Below, one piece after another: positions 44,165-49,231 of a DNA stretch of 49,231 bases. This DNA is from a virus. Lineage: Duplodnaviria > Caudoviricetes. The stretch spans positions 1 through 49,231 of IMG/VR virus record IMGVR_UViG_3300031949_000058; one strand, written 5' to 3'. The translations under genes and the position numbers were made by a program. The notes beneath the pieces are model-generated. The model ran no database searches and was not told the origin of the DNA. It saw only the letters and a program-made list of their open reading frames with translations. Numbering within the stretch: the stretch's first letter is position 1; each line of letters opens with the position of its first letter.

Positions 44165-44682
44165 GCACGACTTACAAGCCTCTCTATACGGCCTCCGCCA
44201 CCATCACGATCGCGCCGGAGAACGTAGCGAGTTCTTCGACCTTCGTCGCCGGCGTGGAATCGACCGCCGTCAGCAACATCAGCACGCTCTACGATGACGT
44301 GCTCGTGAGCGGGCAGTGGACGGCTGGCACGACGCCGACCACCAACACCTACGTCCAGATCTATGTCTACGCACCAATCTCTGACGATCTTGCCTCGGCG
44401 GTGGTCTATCCGGACGTGATCGACGGGACGAGCAGCGCGGAAACATTCACCTCGGTCGGGGTTATGACGAGCGGGATCTACTTTGCCGCCGCGCTCTCGG
44501 TCGACTCGACTACGTCGAACCGGGTGTACTACTGTCGGCCGTTCTCAGTCGCCGCCCTGTTCGGGTACAACATGCCGACGCGATGGGGGCTGTTCATCAG
44601 CCACAACACGGGCGTGAACTCCAATACCACGGCTGGCAATCATGTCTGGTCGTTTGTCGGCGTGCAGTATCAGTCGGTGTAG
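44161..44682 (+). CDS. Beta-rich structural protein, 173 aa
   Basis: S/T/V-rich; GAGG RBS. Confidence 0.65.
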   Translation: MSTTYKPLYTASATITIAPENVASSSTFVAGVESTAVSNISTLYDDVLVSGQWTAGTTPTTNTYVQIYVYAPISDDLASAVVYPDVIDGTSSAETFTSVGVMTSGIYFAAALSVDSTTSNRVYYCRPFSVAALFGYNMPTRWGLFISHNTGVNSNTTAGNHVWSFVGVQYQSV

Positions 44683-44685
44683 GCG

Positions 44686-45492
44686 ATGGGCATCAACACC
44701 GCGCTGACATTCGCGTCGTCAACCACGGATCGGGTCACGCTGCCCACGACGTTTCTCGACAATGTTGATCCGGCGACGTTCGTGGCGTGGGTCACCCTGC
44801 GCACGCTGTCGCAAAATGCGGTGCGGATCATGACGAAAAACGCCGGAGCCGCCAGGCACAATTTTTTCCCACAAGATTTCATCGGTGGTGGTGCTGGCTA
44901 TGGCTTAGAACTGTTTCGTGGCAGGGCGACCACTTCGTTGGACATCCACGCCAACTGGACGAATTTCTTTGGCGCTACCGCGAACATTCCGATGTTTCTG
45001 GCAGGTCAATCCGACTTGAACACGGCTGGGAACAATAGGCTGTTTGTCGGAACGCAATCGATTCCAGCCGCAGAGCCGTCATCGTATAGCGTTCAGACCA
45101 ACGGCAGCGGGACGGCGACATCGAATGCTGGGCAAGTGTGCCTGATCGGGAATCAAGACGGGCAGTCGTTCAGTCTACAAGGCGCGATTCACTGGCTTGG
45201 CGTCTGGAACGCGACGCTGTCACTAGCCGAGCTACTCGATCTCCAGCACCATCCATTGACATCTCCGTTGCTCATGCGGGCGCTGGCGTGGTGGATGCCT
45301 GGCACCAATGGTGCTGGTCCAGTACTCGATCTGACCGGGAAGGGCAACCACGGCCTCATCACCGGCGCGATGGCGGTGAGCAACAACCTCCCGATCGTGA
45401 CGCCACGGCTGCCACGGCGGTATTGGGACATCGGGGCCGTGACACCCGTTGGCCGTGCCGTGCCGTCGTTCACGCTCTTGGGGGTGACGTAA
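44686..45492 (+). CDS. LamG/concanavalin-A-like lectin domain protein (candidate receptor binding)
   Basis: TFVAWV..LIGN..GAIHWLGVWNATLS..DLTGKGNHG. Confidence 0.7.
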   Translation: MGINTALTFASSTTDRVTLPTTFLDNVDPATFVAWVTLRTLSQNAVRIMTKNAGAARHNFFPQDFIGGGAGYGLELFRGRATTSLDIHANWTNFFGATANIPMFLAGQSDLNTAGNNRLFVGTQSIPAAEPSSYSVQTNGSGTATSNAGQVCLIGNQDGQSFSLQGAIHWLGVWNATLSLAELLDLQHHPLTSPLLMRALAWWMPGTNGAGPVLDLTGKGNHGLITGAMAVSNNLPIVTPRLPRRYWDIGAVTPVGRAVPSFTLLGVT

Positions 45493-45506
45493 ATGGGTAC
45501 CGTGCT

Positions 45507-46304
45507 GTGACGATGTTCTCCTCGCTGTATAACGAGCGCTTGAGTCGTGAACTCGGGACCGACGACAGCACGATTCTGTTTACGACCGCGCGCCGGAAAG
45601 CGGCCATCAACGAAGGCGCGTACGAGTTCGCGGACATCACCGAATGTTTGGAGCGCACGAGCACGATCACGATCGTCGGCGGGACGCAGGAATACGCCCT
45701 GACGGTCGATCCGTCCTCGCTGGTCGGGGATTTCCTCCGCTACAGCAAGCGACAGGTCGAGTTCCATTATCTCGATGCGTCCTCGAATGAAACCGTGTTG
45801 GTGGGAGACGATCTGCCGCGGCGCGATCCGCACTGGCTGAATCGGTACGCGCCGGGCTGGAACACGTCGACGACGGCGTCCACGACGATGCAGCGGCCGT
45901 CGTACTACTACGATCGTGCCGACGGCGGACAGCGCGTGATTGGCTTCGCGCCGAAACCGTGCACGGGCTCGAGCGCGTCGGCGTGGGTGCTGGTGCCCTA
46001 TCTCGCGGCGCCGGTCCCGATGACCAGCGATACGCAGGAACCGTTTCAGGTGGTGGCGTCCACTAACGTCAGCACGAACTTTACGACCGTGGCGGGCGTG
46101 CAGCGGACCGATCTCCGTCCGTATCACCAGGCGCTCGTGCACTACGCCGCGGCGCAGCTCGAGAAGTTCCGCAAGGACCTCGAGGCGAGCGAGCGGCAGA
46201 TGCAGAAGTTCTATGCCTACGTGCAGCGCTTCTGGCAGACCACGCGCACGAAAGGCGGCACGAGCTTGACGTTTGCCCGGTCGTATTTCCGGCGAGGGGC
46301 ATAG
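45507..46304 (+). CDS. Putative head-tail adaptor / tail tubular protein A-like (start 45507 or 45513)
   Basis: AINEG..GTQEYAL..PSYY..YHQALVHYAA pattern. Confidence 0.7.
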   Translation: MTMFSSLYNERLSRELGTDDSTILFTTARRKAAINEGAYEFADITECLERTSTITIVGGTQEYALTVDPSSLVGDFLRYSKRQVEFHYLDASSNETVLVGDDLPRRDPHWLNRYAPGWNTSTTASTTMQRPSYYYDRADGGQRVIGFAPKPCTGSSASAWVLVPYLAAPVPMTSDTQEPFQVVASTNVSTNFTTVAGVQRTDLRPYHQALVHYAAAQLEKFRKDLEASERQMQKFYAYVQRFWQTTRTKGGTSLTFARSYFRRGA

Positions 46305-46469
46305 ATGACGGTGACATTTGCGTGCGGGCATACGGCGACGGTCGAGAGCACGGATACCCCGGTGTGCCACTGTGGAGAACGGCGAGTGTCTCGCGTGGAC
46401 GCGCCGCCGCCGCGATTTCATGGGGTGGCGACTGGCCCGTACTGTGACACGAAGAAAGAGGCGGAGTGA
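46305..46469 (+). CDS. Small zinc-ribbon protein, 54 aa
   Basis: CGH and CHCG motifs; abuts both neighbours. Confidence 0.5.
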   Translation: MTVTFACGHTATVESTDTPVCHCGERRVSRVDAPPPRFHGVATGPYCDTKKEAE

Positions 46470-46972
46470 TGGCATACGAAGGCGCGGGGATTCGGTTTAC
46501 CGAACAGGGTGAGGGCGCGCGGCCACAGTCGCCCGTGCAGGAAGCGGTCCAGCTGTTGCGGTTACGGATTCCGCGGTTTGCCGGGGCGCCGCCGCCGGCC
46601 GCGCCGCCCGGGCTGTTGGCGGGTGGGGCGAGCGCGCCGGGTGCGCCTGGGGCCGCCACGATGCCTCCGGCCCTTGCGCAAATCTTGCAGAAGGTCATTA
46701 CGGCGCTGATGCAGGCGGGCGCCGCACAGACGACGTCCCGGCCGGCGGCGGCATCCGCGTACTCGCCGTCTCAGGTGTTGCAGCAGATGCTGCAAGGGCA
46801 GACGTTCGGGCAGCCTGGCGCGGGGTCGTTAGTGGGGTCGCCGTCCTTCCAGTTTGGGCAGCAGCAGCCGCAGCCCACGCCGCCGAGCGCCGCGGTGGGC
46901 GTCCCGTCGGCGTCGCCGATGAACAACTACGCCGGGCCGCCGGCGCCTGACAGCTGGCCGGTTGGGATGTAG
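46469..46972 (+). CDS. P/A/Q-rich hypothetical virion protein
   Basis: TGATG coupling; low-complexity composition. Confidence 0.55.
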   Translation: MAYEGAGIRFTEQGEGARPQSPVQEAVQLLRLRIPRFAGAPPPAAPPGLLAGGASAPGAPGAATMPPALAQILQKVITALMQAGAAQTTSRPAAASAYSPSQVLQQMLQGQTFGQPGAGSLVGSPSFQFGQQQPQPTPPSAAVGVPSASPMNNYAGPPAPDSWPVGM

Positions 46973-48892
46973 ATGGCGAAGCAGGCCACGGCAGAAAAGC
47001 CGGTCACGACGCGGCAGTATCAACTCGTCCCTGTCAATGACATGACGGGCGGGCTGGATCTCCGTACGTCGCCGTCGCTGCTCAAGCCGAACCGTGCCCA
47101 GGTGCTCACGAATTGGAGCTTGAGCGAGCCCGGGGCGCTGGTCGTCCGACCGGGGTATCTCGCCGTGTCGACGACGACCTTGAGCAGTGGACGGATCAAC
47201 GGCGCGGCCCGGGTCTATCTGAACACCACGATCCCAAACGCCGCGTCGACCATTTTTACCGTGGTTGCGGACGGCGCCGCCGGAACGGTCCACACGATGA
47301 CGGACAACGGCGCGTGGAGCACGGCGCTGCTCGCGGCGCGCTCGACGGTCAATGAGGTGTACTTCCCGGCCGATCGGGATCTCGTGGTGGTCATGGACTC
47401 GTCGTCCGTCCCGATGAAGTCCACGAACGGCTCCAGCTGGACGCGGTTCGGGATTGCGAACGGGTCGACGTTGTCGGTCGATTCGACCAGCGGCGGCAAC
47501 CTGCTGGCGGTCGAGTTCGAAGTGAGCTTCACCTACAAGGATCGGGACCTCGCCTTCGAAAGTAACGGAGCAACGACCGGGTCCACGATCACGCTGGTAT
47601 CGACCGGTGCCATCCGGGCGGTGATCCTCAATTCCACCGATGCCCAGGTCGACGCGATCGTGGTCTACGCGCGGAACAAAGGGAGTGGCGAAACAGTCCT
47701 GCGGAAAGTGTCGAGCGCGGTGCAGTCGGGTGGCACGCATTCGACCGTCGTGATCACGAGCTCGGCGTGGACCGGGAACGACGAGATCCCGACCGATCAC
47801 ACCGTGCCGCCGGTCTTGAGCTTTGGCGTGGTCTGGAAAAACCGCTGGTGGGCGCGCTCAGCCACGGTCAAGAATCGGCTGCACTTTACGCAGCTCTTTC
47901 AGCCGCAAAGCTGGCCGGGGCTGTTCTATTTGGATCTGCCATTCGTGCGCGGTGACAACATCACCGCCCTCCAGCCGCTCGGCGACGCGCTGTTGGTCTT
48001 CGGCGAAACAACGGTGTTTGTGATCGTCGGCCAGACGTCGCTCGATTTCGACGTGCGGCCGACGTTGACGGCAGAAGATGGCGCCTTCGGGCCGCGGGCC
48101 GTGTGTCTCGTGGAAAACAGTGTGCTCCATGCCGGCGCCAGCGGGGTCTATCTGTTCGACGGGACGAGCGATCGGCTGCTCTCCCATGACATCGAGCCGG
48201 CGTGGCAAGACCTCGTACTGAACTCCACACCGACGGCGCTGAGTCGAGTGGGGGCTGTCTATCACCACAAGCGGAAAGAGATTCGGATCGCGGTGCCGCG
48301 ACGGTATCCGACCGACACGTTTGGCGAATGGGTGCTCGACCTGACGAGGATGAGACTAGAACAAGCCCCGGCGTGGAGCGCGACCGATCGCGCGATCGGG
48401 ATCTATCTACCGCTCGATGGGCCGGAGACGGCTAACGGGATGCGCGGCGAGCTCTGGGGCGTCGCGGCGAGTACGGGCGGGCTGGTGTTTCACGAAAGTT
48501 TCGGCACGACCGCCAACAGCAGCAATCTGACCGCAGACTATCGTGGGCCGGCGTTGAGCCTCGGGCCGTTCCGCGGGCGTTGGGTGGATCTGCGCGGTCA
48601 GTACGAACCGCACGCCGGCACGCTCAGCAGTGACCCGGAAGTGGACGGGACGCCGATCGGCTCGCAGACAATTCCGATCGGGGCGACCGGGTCCAAGTAC
48701 GGGACGGCCCTGTACGGCACGGGGACGTACGTGGGGGTGGCGCGGCGGCAGTACCACCGCATGTTGCAACTGGCCGCCGATGGGCGGACCTACACGCAGC
48801 GGTTCGTCTACGTCGGGCAGGATGCGTTCCGACATTTTGGGTATCACGTCGGCGTCGTGCCTGAAGCGCACACGCGCGATTTCTCGGAGTAA
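46973..48892 (+). CDS. Tail nozzle / DNA stabilisation protein (P22 gp10-like position), 639 aa
   Basis: MTGGLD..N..GALVVRPG N-terminus; beta-propeller-like repeats (NRLHFT..PQSW, GDNITAL). Confidence 0.75.
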   Translation: MAKQATAEKPVTTRQYQLVPVNDMTGGLDLRTSPSLLKPNRAQVLTNWSLSEPGALVVRPGYLAVSTTTLSSGRINGAARVYLNTTIPNAASTIFTVVADGAAGTVHTMTDNGAWSTALLAARSTVNEVYFPADRDLVVVMDSSSVPMKSTNGSSWTRFGIANGSTLSVDSTSGGNLLAVEFEVSFTYKDRDLAFESNGATTGSTITLVSTGAIRAVILNSTDAQVDAIVVYARNKGSGETVLRKVSSAVQSGGTHSTVVITSSAWTGNDEIPTDHTVPPVLSFGVVWKNRWWARSATVKNRLHFTQLFQPQSWPGLFYLDLPFVRGDNITALQPLGDALLVFGETTVFVIVGQTSLDFDVRPTLTAEDGAFGPRAVCLVENSVLHAGASGVYLFDGTSDRLLSHDIEPAWQDLVLNSTPTALSRVGAVYHHKRKEIRIAVPRRYPTDTFGEWVLDLTRMRLEQAPAWSATDRAIGIYLPLDGPETANGMRGELWGVAASTGGLVFHESFGTTANSSNLTADYRGPALSLGPFRGRWVDLRGQYEPHAGTLSSDPEVDGTPIGSQTIPIGATGSKYGTALYGTGTYVGVARRQYHRMLQLAADGRTYTQRFVYVGQDAFRHFGYHVGVVPEAHTRDFSE

Positions 48893-48896
48893 CCAC

Positions 48897-49231
48897 ATGG
48901 CGAGTTATCCCGGCGCGGTCAAGACGTTCACCACGAAGAACACGAGCGACGTGATCCAAGCGGAGCACGTCAACTCACTCCAGGACGAGGTAAACGCGAT
49001 CGAAGCGGGTCTGTTGAATGCGACCGCGCGGCTCAACTCGAGCCATTCGACGCTCGTGGCGTTGAGCGTGACGGGCGGGTCCACCGTGACCACACTCCAG
49101 GCCGGCGCGTCGACACTCGCGAGTCTCGTCGTCTCGGGCGGGTCGACGCTCGCTTCGCTGCTGGTCGTGGGCGGGAGTCAACTCCAGGGCGGTGTCTTGA
49201 CGCCGACGTTGGAAGTTACAACGTCCTCCAC
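48897..49231 (+). CDS. 5' part of the tail fibre/needle-like protein continuing at window start
   Basis: GGAG RBS; MASYPG..AEHVNSLQDEVNAIE; no stop before the window end. Confidence 0.7.
   Translation, partial: MASYPGAVKTFTTKNTSDVIQAEHVNSLQDEVNAIEAGLLNATARLNSSHSTLVALSVTGGSTVTTLQAGASTLASLVVSGGSTLASLLVVGGSQLQGGVLTPTLEVTTSS
49094..49231. repeat. Terminal direct repeat, right copy
   Basis: 137/138 identical to 1-138. Confidence 0.97.

Noticed and set aside
38633-46475. Long minus-strand ORFs (681, 583, 428 aa) and similar ones elsewhere
   Set aside because: Arg-rich shadow frames opposite well-supported + strand genes in high-GC DNA.
49094-49231. Terminal repeat as a true virion end repeat
   Set aside because: It falls mid-gene in the tail module, far from the terminase genes, and merges in frame. 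An assembly overlap of a circular or permuted genome is the simpler reading.
1-49231. tRNA genes, stop-codon recoding, tape measure or sheath genes, spanins, host assignment
   Set aside because: No cloverleaf or T-loop was seen. Genes end normally at TAA, TAG and TGA. No long-tail genes or lipobox were recognised. The host cannot be supported without a search.

Overview
The window is an apparently complete, circularly permuted genome of about 49.1 kb from a high-GC tailed phage with podovirus-like architecture. Bases 1-138 recur at 49094-49231, and one gene reads through the join. Gene order: repressor/Cro switch (9.0-9.6 kb); early recombination, methylase and replication region with repeat-bounded cassettes (9.6-22.5 kb); two clan GH-A-like glycoside hydrolases; a minus-strand island; terminase, portal, GroES, scaffold; a sugar-nucleotide cluster (cytidylyltransferase, methyltransferase, glycosyltransferase, neuB, neuA, second glycosyltransferase) inside the head operon; capsid and tail genes; a Maf/sialyltransferase-like gene; ejection proteins; lysis genes. 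I recognised no integrase, tRNA, CRISPR array or reverse transcriptase. The best candidate for a new system is virion decoration with a nonulosonic (sialic-type) acid: synthesis, activation and transferase genes lie among morphogenesis genes, and the predicted outer virion proteins are studded with Ser-Thr/Ser-Ser dipeptides. Second, two intergenic structured elements (7.3-7.7 kb and 36.4-36.6 kb) share the same bulged closing stem, and each duplicates the start of the gene behind it. All protein calls come from motifs and synteny read by eye; no searches or folding programs were run.
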